Assembly: GCF_006345805.1 (NCBI RefSeq)
Contig: NC_043007.1
Location: forward strand, 43,958,001 to 44,022,000
DNA length: 64,000 nucleotides
Reading direction: 5' to 3'
Source: Octopus sinensis
Taxonomy: Eukaryota
Positions 26,992 to 40,525 of this stretch are shown piece after piece. The notes under the pieces were generated by a model. It ran no database searches. It worked only from the letters and a program-made list of their open reading frames with translations, and had not been told where the DNA came from. Made by a program: the position numbers and the translations under genes. Position 1 is the first letter of the stretch; each line of letters begins with the position of its first letter.

Positions 26992-27821
26992 CAACAACAA
27001 TAATAATGATAATAATTTCCTCTTTTCACGAGATATTTCATTATATTTTTCTATTATCTCGGCTCTTGGCAATACAGACCATCCTTTGTCATTTCACATA
27101 CAACCGATTACGTTCGATCGTTTCACGTAATCACTGTTATAGTTGCTACTCTTCACTACTGTTGTTGAAAACGTCATTCAAATACATGTTGGAAGTTCAT
27201 TTTCTTTATTTCATATATTCAGAACTAATCTCAAACAAATCTTGTGTTTCATCTTCTTTTCTTCATTCGTGATATAATAACATGCAAAAGGACAACGCTG
27301 CCATAATAACAAATCAAAAGGCAGCAACAGCACAACAAAAACAGCATTGATTAAAATAGTTTATCATAAAAATACATTAACAAAGCAAAATTAATTTCTT
27401 TGCAATAATAATAACATAATCATTTTCCCTCAACGACGAAGGCATGCAGATAAGATACGAGAAGTAGTTTTGGAAAAAGAAAAAATAATTATCTGAAGAC
27501 TTACGGTGCTGTCATTACAAAAACTTGGTTTGGAAATAAAACAAATGTTTTAAAGTGGAAAAAAAATTCAGAAAAATAGCCATCGTTTATAAAAATAATT
27601 CTAGGCGTCAACACTTCAAAAATATAGAGTGTTGTTAGATTAAAATAGGAGGGTTAATAGTTGATTTGCTTCAAAGTAAATAGTTAAACGATAATTCATT
27701 TATACTAAACAATTTAGCTATCGATCAGGTCGTTTCTTTAGCGTCAATTAGAGTTTAGAAGAGATGGCGTTGCACCTTTCATAGCTTCACTGTAGAAATA
27801 AATACCGATTCTTGATTTCAA

Positions 27822-27857
<36 letters not shown>

Positions 27858-28149
27858 ATATATGATTAAGCCTAATGATCTTAGAAATGGCTGTGACACA
27901 AGAAAAAAATAAACTCGGTGCCTGGAGGAACAAGAGCAAAATGATAGTATGTGGAATGTCTATGTGACATTAAAATATTTCTGTACCTTTTTGCACATAT
28001 GGAGAACAGCAAAAAATATATTCCTTTGGGGTATCGTGACCGTAGCATCAGGTTCATAGATGAAACTCATGACTCATTCGATGACTTACAATATCCCTTG
28101 CTTTTTTGTTGGAATCACTTTAAAAATAATAATAATAATAAAAGTTACC

Positions 28150-28425
28150 CTCCCAGGCACAAGTCCGGGCAAGGTTGTTTATGGAAGACCAGCAGTCGCC
28201 CATGCATCCCACCTGCACGCCACTAGTATTATCCAAGGGAAAGGCAAAGGCTGATACAGCTTGGCACCTGTGACGTCGCAACTCATTTCAGCAGCTGAAT
28301 GAACTGGAGCAACATGAAATAAAATGTCTTTCTCAAGAACACAACATACAACCCGGTCCGGGATTCGAGCTCACAACCTCACGATCGTAAGCTCGACGCT
28401 CTAACCTCTGCGCCATGCGCCTTCA
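28150..28425 (-). mobile_element. tRNA-derived SINE (related head, different body)
   Basis: Minus head GAAGGCGCATGGCGCAGAGGTTAGAGCGTC..GAGCTCGAATCCCGGACC, then GTGTTCTTGAGAAAGAC..TTCATGTTGCTCCAGTTCA. Relatives at about 15265-15440(-), 43572-43705(+) and 62480-62700(-). Confidence 0.75.
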
Positions 28426-28454
28426 CAACAACAATAATAATAATGATGGTGATG

Positions 28455-29895
28455 ATGGAATTTGGACTCAAAAAGTGCAGAGTAATCTACCTAAAAAGAG
28501 GAAAGGTACAGTCCCTAGCAGAGATAGAATTAACGAATAGAGACTTGATTAATTAAGCAAATTGAAACTGATGGATACAAATACCTTGGTGTACTAGAGT
28601 GCAACGCGATAATGGAAAAAGAAATGAAAGAGCAACTGAGGATGGAGTATTTCCGAAGACTGAGATTGGTACTATGCCCAAAATTGACTGAATGGAATAA
28701 AATCCAAGCAGTTAATACGTGGGCGATAGCATCACTTCGGTATGGAGCATGAAATATAAAAGGCAAAAGAGAGAAGTGAAGAAAATGGATACCAAGACCA
28801 GAAAAATGTTGACAGTACACGGAGCTTTCTACCCTAAGAGTGACACCGATAGGGCAATACTTGTTCAGAAGAAAGGGTGGAAGAAATTTGATCAGTTGCC
28901 AGGACTGTATCGAAGCAGAGGACAACAGCCTAGGGTGGTATATAAAAAATGCCGTGGAGCCACTGTTGAAACACATGAAGAAGGCCGGCATCATCAAAAC
29001 TGAAAATTTTGTAACTAAAGAAAAATTTAAACAAGAAATAAAAAAAAAAAAAAGGATGGGATGAAAAAATGTACTATCAGTTTGCAAGAGATATAAACGC
29101 CAAGGAACGGTGATTATGGATGAGGAGTGACCTGAAGATAGAGACAGAAGCATTCACATGCACAGCTCAGGAACAAGCGTTAAGGACCAATTATATGAAG
29201 TGCAGAATTAACAACTATACCGATAGTAACAAATGCAGAATGTGTGGAGACAGGGGTGAATCGGTATGGCATATTGTTTGCGAATGCCAGAAATTGGCAC
29301 AACGCAAATACAAACGACGCCATGACATATTGGCAAGAATGATCCATTGGTGAGCTCTGTGTAAATCACGGCCTATAAAGAGCAAAGACTTTGTATGAAC
29401 AAACCCCAGAAGGAGTCACCGAAAAGGAGAACTGCAAAATCCTGTGGGATGTAATGATCCAGAGCGATCGCCTGACCAGACATAGGAAACCGGACATTGT
29501 TGCGGTGAATAAAAAAGAAAGAACATGTATGATTATCGACATAGCATGCCCCGGTGAAAACAGAATCAATGTGATAGAAGGAGAAAAAAATAAACAACTA
29601 TGACGATTTAAAGTGGGAAACACGAAGGTTGTGATCAATGAAGAGAGTAGGCGTGATACCAATAGTAATTGGTGCACTTGGAAGTATCGGCACTCAACTA
29701 CCAACATGGCTGAAAAAGATCAGTGCAAGTGTGAAGGTAGAACACCGACAAAAATCAGCATTGCTTGGAACTGCAAGAATTCTTCGCAGAGTTCTTGAAG
29801 CATGACCAGTAAAAAAGTGTCACCTTCGTCTGCTGGCCGTGAACAGCTGACACTTACCCCCATACCCAGCAAAATAAGTTGCGACTTTTCATCCC
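28455..29895 (+). mobile_element. 5'-truncated R4/Dong-like (REL endonuclease) non-LTR retrotransposon
   Basis: MEFGLKKC..YKYLGVLE..NKIQAVNTWAI..DTKTRKMLTVHG..KKGGRNL..LKIETEA..AQEQALRTN..CRMCGDRGESVWHIVCECQKLAQRKYKRRHD (CCHC)..ILWDVMIQSD..KPDIV..IIDIACP..PIVIGALG..LLGTARILRRVL*. Flanked by (AAT)n on both sides. Confidence 0.92.
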
Positions 29896-29915
29896 ATAAT
29901 AATAATAATAATAAT

Positions 29916-30297
29916 CCTTTCTATCTGAGGCACAAAGCCTTAAATTTGGGGGAGGGGACTAGTCGATTACATCGACCAGGTGTTTCACTGGTACTTAATT
30001 TATCGATGCCGAAAGGATGAAAGGCAAAGTCAACCTCGGCGGAATTTGAACTCAGAACGTAGCGACGGGCGAAATACCTATTTCTTTACTACCCACAAGG
30101 GGCTAAACACAGAGAGGACAAACAAGGATAGACAAACGGATTAAGTCGATTATATCGACCCCAGTGCGTAACTGGTACTTAATTTATCGATGAAAGGCAA
30201 AGTCGACCTCAGCAGAATTTGAACTCAGAACGTAACGGCAGACGAAATACCGCTAAAAATTTCGCCGGTGTGCTAACGATTCTGCCAGCCCGCCCTG
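29916..30297 (-). mobile_element. SINE family 1 tandem cluster
   Basis: Reverse complement of the family-1 core, 2-3 units, between (AAT)n tracts. Confidence 0.85.
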
Positions 30298-30298
30298 C

Positions 30299-30389
<91 letters not shown>

Positions 30390-30601
30390 TGGTACATCAC
30401 ACGTATTGAGAAGAGCATTGTCGATGTGAGAACTGTTGCTGCTCATGTATTTTAATTTAACTTTAAAAAAAAAAAAAAAAAATGAACGAACTACTGAGTT
30501 TGGTTTAATGGCCTACCAATGTATACTACGAGGTTCTTTGCCCTAGGAGTCGGGAAGACACTCGGCAAGAAATGGAAGCAAATTTGAAAGAAGAAAAAAA
30601 A

Positions 30602-30635
<34 letters not shown>

Positions 30636-30920
30636 CAACAACAACAACAACAACAATAATAATAATAATAATAATGGTTTCAAATTTTGTCACAAGGGCA
30701 GCTATTTTAGGGGGGGGGATGTGTCGATTACATCGACCCCAGTGTTCAACTGGTTCTTCATCAACCCCGAAAGGATGAAAGGCAAAATTGACCTCGGCGG
30801 AAAGAAGAAGAAGAAGAAGAAGAAGAAGAAGAAGAAGAAGAAGAAGAAGAAGAAGAAGAAGAAGAAGAAGAAGAAGAAGAAGAAGAAGAAGAAGAAGAAG
30901 AAGAAGAAGAAGAAGAAGAA

Positions 30921-31206
30921 ATCAGCAATGACGATTTGAAGTGGGAATTGCGAAGCTTGTGGTCAATGAGGAGAATAGATATGGTATCAATAGTAATTGG
31001 CGCACTTGAAAGTGTCAGCACTCGACTACTAGCATGGCTCAAAAAGATTGGTTCAAATGTAAAGGTAGAACACCTACAAAAATCATGCAAGAATTTTTCG
31101 CAGGGTTCTTGAAGCATGACCAGTAAGCAAGTGTCACCTTAGTCTGCTGGCCGTGGACAGCTGACACGTTCCATCAGACCCAGTGAAATAAGCTGTGAGC
31201 TTCCAT
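30921..31206 (+). mobile_element. Short 3' fragment of the same R4/Dong-like LINE
   Basis: Homologous to 29590-29890 (DDLKWELRSLWSMRRIDMVSIVIGALE..). Lies between (AAG)n and (TAG)n. Confidence 0.85.
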
Positions 31207-31210
31207 AAAA

Positions 31211-31260
<50 letters not shown>

Positions 31261-31275
31261 TAGTAGTAGTAGTAG

Positions 31276-32515
31276 TTTCATTTATTGGCAACCAGGGCCG
31301 ACATATAGGGTCAACATTTTTGCTACATTCACCCACTTTTCAGCAAATATACTGGGGTGGGGGGCATCACTTCTCTCTATACCCTCATCTTCCTTTCCAA
31401 GTGAAATTTGAAAAGTTGATAAGGGATTGGCCGAAGAGAAAAGTGTCTGTCTTCAATCCTTTCAACCTGGTCTACCATACAACCTCTTTCGCTACTGCCA
31501 CCAGTTAGAGGAAAATTCGTTATACACGCGACAGCAACTGTCCGACAAGACTCCACAAGCCAGTAATGCACGGACACTGGATAAATGCATTCAGAACGGT
31601 TTCGTCGCTCTGTGTGCATCTCAGGCAGGTCCGTCTGACAGTATTTCCGTGCCTGTAGAGTTTATCTCGAACCGGCAGTGCTCCTTGGTAGCACTGCCAA
31701 ATGAGTTATTCATGGTCCCTGGCTCGAAAGTCCTCCAGAACAGACCGGTCAGTTCGACTTCGTAGACGCCCAGAGCCTCTCTGAGTGCATCATCATACTT
31801 TCCACTAAATAATCTCTATAGAACTCGAGAGTGAATGTTCCACTGACCGCATTTCCCGCCTGGTAGAAAACAGTGAGTGCCTGGCAACATTCCAGATGCC
31901 AGTCATCCTGTTTAGGTCTGTTCTTGACCCAGGACTGCAGCTCAGTCAAGGAGACGAGTTGATAAACAGCGACCACATCTGTTCACCGTTTAGGCAGAAT
32001 ATCTGGAGATGCTGCAGCCTCAGCGCATATCTACATATCATTAGCCACGGCATGTCCAGCCATCCGTGTAGAGGGTGCTGGCAGCAGATGGATCGCCTCA
32101 TCAACGGAACCTGATCCCTCCACAAGAATTTGAAGAGAAGGCGCTCCAACATGGCGAGGCGCGAACGTGAGAAAGACACGAGGGTCAGGTGGTAGTAGAT
32201 GACGGAAGCGATGTACGCATTCGCCACCTCCGTCCGACCTTTAAGTGACAGCTTCCTCGCAGCCTATTTCTGGGTCAGACTGACTACCCTGCACGTCACC
32301 TTGTCCCAATTCTTATCCAACTGGTGGTCTGGTCCGAACCAAACTTCTAGGTGGATAAGCAGCGGCTCCAACTTCCGCAGTAAAAGCTCAAGAGTCAATG
32401 CGTACAGAAGGGAGAAGAGAGAGCACCCTTGATGGACCGATCGGAAGATCTGAAACGGCTCAGAGAAGTGGCCATTAGCTTTTACCCGCTGTGTTGCTCT
32501 AAAACCACCTAAAAA
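31276..32515 (-). mobile_element. Tx1/L1-clade LINE ORF2 3' portion (RT C-terminus to Cys motif), decayed
   Basis: VKANGHFSEPFQIFRSVHQGCSLFSLLYALTLELLLRKLE..LDKNWDKV..ANAYIASVIYYHL..LLFKFLW..HPLHGWLDMP. A Cys/His motif follows. AATAAA at about 31277-31282 precedes a (TAC)n tail. Confidence 0.85.
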
Positions 32516-33748
32516 CACCTTTAAGAAGTGCCAAAACTATAAAATCAGCCTTTTTTTTTTGCCTTGTAACAACAGTGAAAAGATATCAATGTTAACTTAT
32601 TGATGTATTTGGGCAAGTCTATATCTGTATTATCAAGCAATTGCAAAAATATGCTTAAAACAACTCTGCAAAAATCCAGTACAAATTCTTCATGGTTCAA
32701 AATGTTGTTTACTTTTTATTTAACCTATTATGTGTGTATGTATATGCGCCTAGAGAAAAGAACGGAAAAGAAACAGTTTGGCACACTTTTTCCGATTTTA
32801 TTGAAAATTTCTCCGCGGATGTAGTTTTCATGCTAATTATGAAAATCACAACCATTTTTTTTTTTTAAGAAATAAATAATTAATAAAATTACGAATTTTT
32901 AAAGATTATTTCTTTTTTCCTTATTTTATTCAATCAGATTTATCCATTTTCGACGCTACGAAAACCCACAATATTTTTAGAAAATAATTATAGAAAATTA
33001 TATTTATTCCATCTAGCAGACAATCACTATTGTCATGTTATTTGTTTATGTTCTCGTAGCAACCAAATGAAAGAATCATGAACGATAGAGTGGAGAAGGG
33101 AAAAAAATTGTGAGAGAAATCGAAAACCAAGAAGGAGACAAGGATGAGAATGCAGTGAGATAGATGCGGTGAGATGAATGCAGTGAGCTGTTTCCAAAAG
33201 ATGGAAATAATATAGGATAAGAAGCTTTGTTGGTGAATACATGAAATGAAGTTCTCCCTTGCTGATGGAAACAACCAGTGGCTCTACCAAAAACACAGGT
33301 TGGAACTAATCTGTTTCTCTACGTAAAGTGTACCACTCTCACTTTCACTTTCACACCATCCAAAAATAAAAGCATGCTGGAATGATCGAGCCATTTCGAA
33401 TCGTCGGATGCCTGCGGATGCTGATGCCGCTAATGTTGCTGATACTTGTACTGGGCCTAGGAGCTGTAACAACGTCGTTGAAATTATAGTAGTCATTGCT
33501 GCTTTAGCCCAAACCATATCTGAACGAGCAGATACATGAGCAAAGCGTTGTAACCATGACAACAGTCGGAATTTTTGTACCTCATGGACTACAGTGTCCA
33601 ATGTAATCTTTCTTTAATTCTGTATGATATGATTTTAGGGAGAGTGAATTGGTATTTCTAGCAGGTTGAGCGACCACATAGAGGGACCCTTTTTGACTTG
33701 AGGATGTTAGTTCGAATCTTAAGCTGATAATGGAACCTTTAAATCATA

Positions 33749-33862
<114 letters not shown>

Positions 33863-34429
33863 TTCAAGACTTCCATCTTTGGAAAATATAGTGAAACTAA
33901 AGAAATTCTTGAAATTCTCTAAAATGAATGGAGAAATTGGAAGGATTGCTTAGGTACAATGGTCGAATATCTGTTATGTCTCGAAAAAATGTGGGTTCTT
34001 CAAAACCAAGCGAAACGAACTGCCCCAGAGATGAACGAGAACGACAGATGTCAATATTAATATTTCGCTGTTATTTCAGTTCATCAGTACCATATACACG
34101 ATTCGCCCACGAGATGGATCCAAATCGCCGGCCACAAGTATATACAAGTATATATAGTAAAATCTATCTGCTGATGTGCAACAGCACCGCACAAGTAAAA
34201 CAAAATTCAAATCTCAAGTTAGAAGCACCTCTGTAATGTGAATATTACCCATGTCGCATTACACCGACAATGTCTTGTAGAATTTAATTGAACAAATCGG
34301 CCCCTGGTACCGACGGTTTTGAATCTGCTACTTATTCTATCGGGTTTTTTTCGCTGAACAGCTAAGCTGCAAGGGACGTAAACAAACTAAGACCTATTGT
34401 CAATTGGCGGGGAAAAGCACAATGACGCG

Positions 34430-34468
<39 letters not shown>

Positions 34469-34857
34469 ATGCACACACTCACACACGTACGACGAGCTTC
34501 CAAACATTTTCTTTGTATCAAATTCACTCACAAGGCATTGGGTTGGCCTGGGGCTATAGTAGAAGCCACTTACCCAAGTTGCCGCGTAGTAGAACTGAAC
34601 ACGAAACAACGTGGTTATGAAGCCAACTTCTTAACCTGCCAGCCATGCCAGCGCATGTGATTTACTTATTGTGGATGGTGAGTGAAGAAGAAGAGCAATA
34701 ACAACAGCCGCAACAATAACAAGCGTTGCTGGAGTTTGACATTTTATTTTAATTGACAATAAAGCCTAATTTAACATTTGAATCAGATGCCAGGGTATAT
34801 TTGAGCCTCACTTAAATTAATGTTTACTCAAATTTGAAAATAAATAAATAGATAAAC

Positions 34858-34910
<53 letters not shown>

Positions 34911-35254
34911 TGATGATGATGTTACTTCAGCTATCTGTTGAAGTTAATTATTTGAATTGCTTAATTTAAATTTAAGTAACCTAAGGAAAATAACTCGAAA
35001 TTGCTAGTAGTTGCAACATAGACAAATAACATACATTATTCTTGATTTATTGCAATTATCTCTGCCTCCAGAGAACGTATCACAATTACTAAATGGCAAC
35101 TATGATCAGTTGCGCTTGAAAGTGATAGATAATCTCAAGATTCAAGAATTCTTGAAAACTGAAACGCAGTTATTTATTTATGCACCCTTTCCAAGCCTAG
35201 CCAGGCTCATGGTCCCGGTTTCCCAGTTTCTATGGCGTGTGTGTTCCTCCTAGC

Positions 35255-35450
35255 TGGAAACAAGAAGAAAGAGTGAGAGAAAGTTGGGGCGAAAGAGTAC
35301 AACATGAGTTGCTACCACCCCCTGCTGGAGCCTCGTGGAGCTTTAAGTGTTTTCGCTCAATAAACACACACAACGCCCGGTCTGGGAATCGAAACCACGA
35401 TCCTCCAACCACGAGTCCGCTGCCCTAACCACTGGGCCATTGCGCCTCCA
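35255..35450 (-). mobile_element. tRNA-derived SINE family 3
   Basis: Minus head GGAGGCGCAATGGCCCAGTGGTTAGGGCAGCGGACTC..GGTTTCGATTCCCAGACCGGGC (box A/B). A homologue lies at about 48990-49194(-). Confidence 0.8.
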
Positions 35451-36319
35451 TGAAGCGCAGTTAAAGAAAAGAATATGTTTATTGGCTGAAAACAAGAAGA
35501 GAGGCGTGGACACGTGTTCCCGGCTCTCAGAAGTCTTCATCACGACAGTTAGCCAATCTTATCGCCAATAGCTTAAAAGCCGCATTCCGTGCAGATTTAT
35601 AAGCTTGCTCCAGTGAAGGGCTAATTTACTTAAAGTGAAAAAAATCGTATGCAACAGATAAGTCGTCTTAACATATTTCTGTGTACCAGATCTTTAATTG
35701 TTACTTTTAACATAACGAGTTTTCTGGTGAGGGCTTCGTTTGCCTTCATTGCCTGTTTGTTGCTTCAGTAGAAATCTACGGATGCACAAACTTACAAAAC
35801 GGAGAAAATGAAACAAATATGGACGACTTGTTCAGAAATACCCGCGAGTGGGGAACAGTTCTCAAAAATAGCCCCCAATTGTTTTCCCCAAAAATTCTTA
35901 TGTCCTCGGAATCTGCATGGGCCGGGGAATATTTGTAGGGAATTTCATTTAAAAATTTCCTTACACCCCAACCCAAAAAATTTTGCATATTCGGAATGTA
36001 CATGATATAACACATATTCGTAGACAATTTCATTAAAAATATCCATTTTTCTGAAAGTTATGATCATCCAAGCTTGGCGAGGGGTTGCAGAAATCTGTAG
36101 TTATGTCTTTGAATCGAACACGAAGAGATTTCAAAACCTTTGTATCAATGATGGAAGTTTTTCCTTGCCTTTTTGCTGAATTCATAAACTGACTGGTGGG
36201 AATAAAATGACCTGTTAATTTTCATTTCTGTTCATATATATATACACGTTTGCGTATGTGTGTGTTACCAGTACCATAAATTTCTCTCTATCTATCTATC
36301 TGTCAATCTATCACTTTCC

Positions 36320-36359
<40 letters not shown>

Positions 36360-36879
36360 CCTCTCTCTTTCTGCCACTTTCTCTTCGTTCACTGACGGCT
36401 CCCTTTACTTCCACTCCACTTCAACCCATTTCACATCATCCAATTCTTTCATCCCTCACTGTCGCCAGAGATAAAAGAGTTAATACTCTTAGACACACAT
36501 CTGCACACATAAGTCTGTCTCCAGTTTATTTCTCCATAGGGATTTAAGAAGGCATTGCTTTCAGTACTGACCAGTTCTGTACTACATACACGCACGCACG
36601 CACACAAACACCATACACACACATAGGCGTTTGTAATTGCCTACATGTTTTCACATATCACTAAATCGAAGGAAATAATCTATTTCCTCTTTAGTGACGT
36701 CAGATATTATGAATAAGATGAAAAAGACCTAAAGCGTCAAAAATTTGATAAAATTATCCACAGAAAGGATGTAAAGAATTTTTTTTTAATAATTCATTCT
36801 CGAATTGCCCCCTTTCTCTTATTGGTATACTAAACATTGTGTAAAAAAGGTATAAAAATTCAGCATAACTCTACGCATG

Positions 36880-36963
36880 CCTCACCAAAATATTACAATG
36901 CCCCACCAAAATATTACAATGCCCCACCAAAATATTACCATACCCCACCAAAATATTACCATG
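36880..36963. repeat. 21-bp tandem repeat x4 next to a hAT-MITE-like terminus
   Basis: CC(C/T)CACCAAAATATTAC(A/C)AT(G/A) four times, followed by CCCCACTTTGGGAATCACGG (about 36984-37003), which resembles CAGTGGTTCCCAAAGTGGG-type TIRs. Confidence 0.75.
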
Positions 36964-37310
36964 CACCACCGGTGGGACATGCGCCCCACTTTGGGAATCA
37001 CGGGACTAGATGTATAGAAACAAAGAGTGTAAAAGTCAGGAGCAAACAACACAGGGATGGACAGTTACAGACAGGGAGTAACAAGCAACTGACAGGCAAG
37101 AGCGAACATAACAATCCTGTATTCACATCAGGTGCTATTCAATATCAGCTGATGTAGACGGCCAGACCCACCAAATATAAACCTTGCACACGAATGACGT
37201 AGCTCCTACTAGCGTAAGGACTGCCATAATGTAACAAAGGACTACATTATGGCAGCTAACTCTCACATCCATTCACTCATCTCTCTCTCCTACTCTCTCT
37301 CTCTCTCTTT

Positions 37311-37387
<77 letters not shown>

Positions 37388-38242
37388 TGTGTGGTGTGTG
37401 TGTGTGTTTCTTATCTATGCACAATCACAGAAACTATCCGACCAAGTCGCTACCATGAACAGAGATTTCTGATGTCACACTGCTGTTCTTTTGATGAAGA
37501 TGATTGCGTCCAATAAAGCTTTTAACAATAAACGTGAAAAATCGAAACCGAAAGACTACACTTCTCATTCGTCTTCTTGCTATATATTGGAATCGTTGGA
37601 GTCATCTTTCTTTCCATTAATGTTTCCCTAATTGAAATGGGGTGAAATCAAGAAGTAAAATATTAAAATAATATAACGTACTACATTTCCTTGTAAATTA
37701 ATATATAGATATCAATTTCAAGGCATTTCTACAAGTATAACCATGTTACAGCGATGTTTTCTCATTTTCTAAAGACTTCATACATTATGAGGTACTTTTG
37801 ACCTTACAACTTTTTATTCTATTTGTCAAAAGCATAATATATTCTCAACAAATTAAATACATTTTGAATTATTGGTAATGTCGGAAAAAAAAGCCATATC
37901 GTACCGTTTATTGCCAAGATTATAAATATTCATAGAATTTTTTTATCTCTTTCGAAATTCCATATGGTACTTATTTCATTAAAAAAACAAATCTATCTAA
38001 AACTAGGCTACGTTAAACATATTTCAGGGCTGGTTTGTAACAGCATTCATTCACAAGTCTTTGGAAGCAAAATTATTAATAAATCGTACCTCTTCCTGTG
38101 TGATATTTATGTGATTAAGATTTGTAACATAGATACAAACCAACCATATTGAAGAGGGAGAAGTCTGCGGTTGTGTCTAAACCAGCAAGATCTTCCGTAA
38201 TTGTCTATTGGTTAGGAAAATTGCATCGTTTTATAATAAAGA

Positions 38243-38275
38243 CTAGCTTAAGGTGACCCGCTCTACGCGCGGGTA
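38243..38275 (-). mobile_element. Helitron-like 3' terminus (hairpin + CTAG)
   Basis: The minus strand reads ACCCGCGCGTAGAGCGGGT (hairpin) then CACCTTAAG CTAG|T. The body is interrupted by a SINE, and the 5' end was not located. Confidence 0.45.
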
Positions 38276-38304
38276 AGAGTGTGGTTATTTTCTGTTGCAT
38301 CCTT

Positions 38305-38630
38305 TCGGCACGTAAAAAGCACCATCCGAACGTGGCCGATGGCAGTACCGCCTTGACTGGCTTCTGTGCCGGTGGCACGTAAAAAGCACCAACCGATCGT
38401 GGCCGCTGCCAGTGCCCCCCCCCCGTGGCACCTGTGCCGGTGGAACGAAAAAAGCACCCACTACAATCACGGAGTGGTTGGCGTTAGGAAGGGCATCCAG
38501 CTGTAGAAACACTGCCAGATCAGATTGGAGCCTGGTGCAGCCTCCTGGCTTCCCAGACCTCGGTCAAACCATCCAACCCGTGCTAGCACGGAAAACGGAC
38601 GTTAAACGATGATGTTGATGATGATGATGA
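38305..38630 (+). mobile_element. SINE-like repeat with (GAT)n tail
   Basis: Internal duplication GGCACGTAAAAAGCACC, then GGCGTTAGGAAGGGCATCCAGCTG..AACGGACGTTAAACGATGATG. Inverted relatives at about 52690-52865 and 62748-62865. Confidence 0.75.
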
Positions 38631-38954
38631 TTCTCCCTCTTTGTTTCTCTCTCCATTCTCTCTCCCTTTCCCACTCTCTTACTCTTCCTTTCTCTCGGAC
38701 TCTCCCTCGCTTTCTCTTACTCTCTATCTTTCTCTATCTCTCTCTCTCCCATTTATAAACAACAAAAGATCTTGAGTAAGTTGAGAAAGAAAGTAGTTTG
38801 AAAGATCAATCATAAATATCAGGCAGTGACAACAGAAAGGTCTGCTTCAAGGCAGAAAGCAAAACACTAACATTTAAAAGGGACAGACGAACTTGCGAGC
38901 TGAATAAAAATTTAAAAAATATTGGAAACCAAAGTTTGAAAGGATTGAATCTGA

Positions 38955-39212
38955 GGATAGTAGAGTCACCATGGCTGGCATTTCTTAACGACGGACAGTA
39001 ACATAGTGGCAGTTTAACGACTGGCGTAAAATTTTGAACTTGATGTAAAAGAAAATCCCTAAACACCAAGCTTTGAAGTGATTCTTTCTCACGACAGTAG
39101 ACTCACCATGGCAAGCATTCAAAACTTCTTCATCATGGACGGCAACACATTGACGATATAAAGGCTGGCGCAAATTTTTTAGCTTGATGTAACAGAGAAT
39201 TCCTAAACACCC
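38955..39212. repeat. Diverged tandem duplication of about 140 bp
   Basis: GTAGA(G/C)TCACCATGGC..CTGGCG.AAATTTT..CTTGATGTAA..CCTAAACACC occurs twice (38966, 39103). Confidence 0.7.
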
Positions 39213-40525
39213 GCTCCTGTAAATTTTAATCCCCTTCAAGCCCCATTTAGACCTCTTTTCACATTTTGGTTAATATAACCCGATTTCATTCGGGTCTACT
39301 CGGGTCACATTTTATAAGCATCAGTCGTTATAGTTTATTCTAGGTCAGCCATTATTTAACAGATTTACACTTCATCTGTGATCAACCTGTCTATTCTCAG
39401 CAATACGAGAGCATATACGCCAGGTTATATTGTCCTGTACATTGTTTTTTTAAGGCTGCGGAGTGTGGTTTTCACCCTGCCGCCCTCTTAGAAATTTACT
39501 GTTCCACCCCTCTTTAATAACGGTTTCTGACTTTGACGCAAGACCAGTACTATTGAGGAGAGGCTGTTTGTCAATACTTATTAATTCTAGTAGATGATTG
39601 CTACTTTATTTCATTAGATCGGAAAGAATGAAAGGCAAAACTGACCTCGGCAGAATTTGAACTCAGAACGCACAGAGCAGGAACAAATACTGCAAGGCAT
39701 TTGTTCGACAATATAACGATTCTTCTCTTTAATAAGGTGTACGCAGAACAGTACAATCAATAATATATCTATTTATTTACAATACATGCTAGAAGTTTCG
39801 AACTTGAATATTCTAACCGTTATTGTTTTTCGTCATCGGAGAAATCTCTATATTATAAATCTGAAATGCGAAAAGTTTGTTTGTTTGTCTGGTTTTGGCA
39901 TTGAGAACGGGTTAAAGGCCACTAGATCCCGTCGGATTGACTCCAAAATTTACAGGGACATGTAAAATGAGGTGAGGATGCCAGTGGGCTAGGTTAGAAA
40001 TCCCTATCTTAAAAGATGTCGTTGCTAGGGCCAAAAACGCACTTTGACGAGTCTACTCTCATTCTTTTATGTATCTGTCTTCCTCCGTCACTCACTCTCT
40101 TTCCTCCCTTCCCATCACTTTCTATATATAACGTCGTTTAACAGCGTCTAACTCCCCTTCACTTTCTCTTTATAACGTCGTCAAACAGCGTTCTATATCT
40201 CCCCCTCACCGCCTTCGACAGCGCTTTCACACACTCTCTCTCTCTACGTCTGTCTGCATTCATAGACAGAATTATCATCGCCACCACCACCACACAATCA
40301 TGAGAAGAAATATTATGAATCAGATATTTATTGGGTTAATAATAATAATAAGGCGAGTTGGTTGAAACATTAGCACACTGGGCGAAGTGCTTAGCGGTAT
40401 TTCTTCTGTCGTCACGTTCTGAGTTCGAATTCCGCCGAGGTCGACTTTGCCTTTTATCCTTTCGAGGTCGATAAATTGAATACCAGTTGCATACTAGGGT
40501 CAATCTCATCGACTGGCCTCCTCCC

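Noticed and set aside
34050-34087. Hammerhead-like CTGATGA-ACTG..CAG-CGAAATATTAATATT on the minus strand
   Set aside because: The core and palindromic helix III are present, but helix I does not pair and there is no repeat context. It may be chance.
33928-34236. 102-aa plus-strand ORF after (CT)n
   Set aside because: No recognisable domain or splice support, and the length is compatible with chance.
35375-35450. tRNA-like sequence (also 28350-28425 and 49120-49194)
   Set aside because: Box A/B are present, but there is no complete acceptor stem and each continues into a shared repeat body. These are SINE heads, not tRNA genes.
36880-36963. Short direct repeats resembling a CRISPR array
   Set aside because: The units are contiguous with no unique spacers, there are no cas genes, and the context is eukaryotic.
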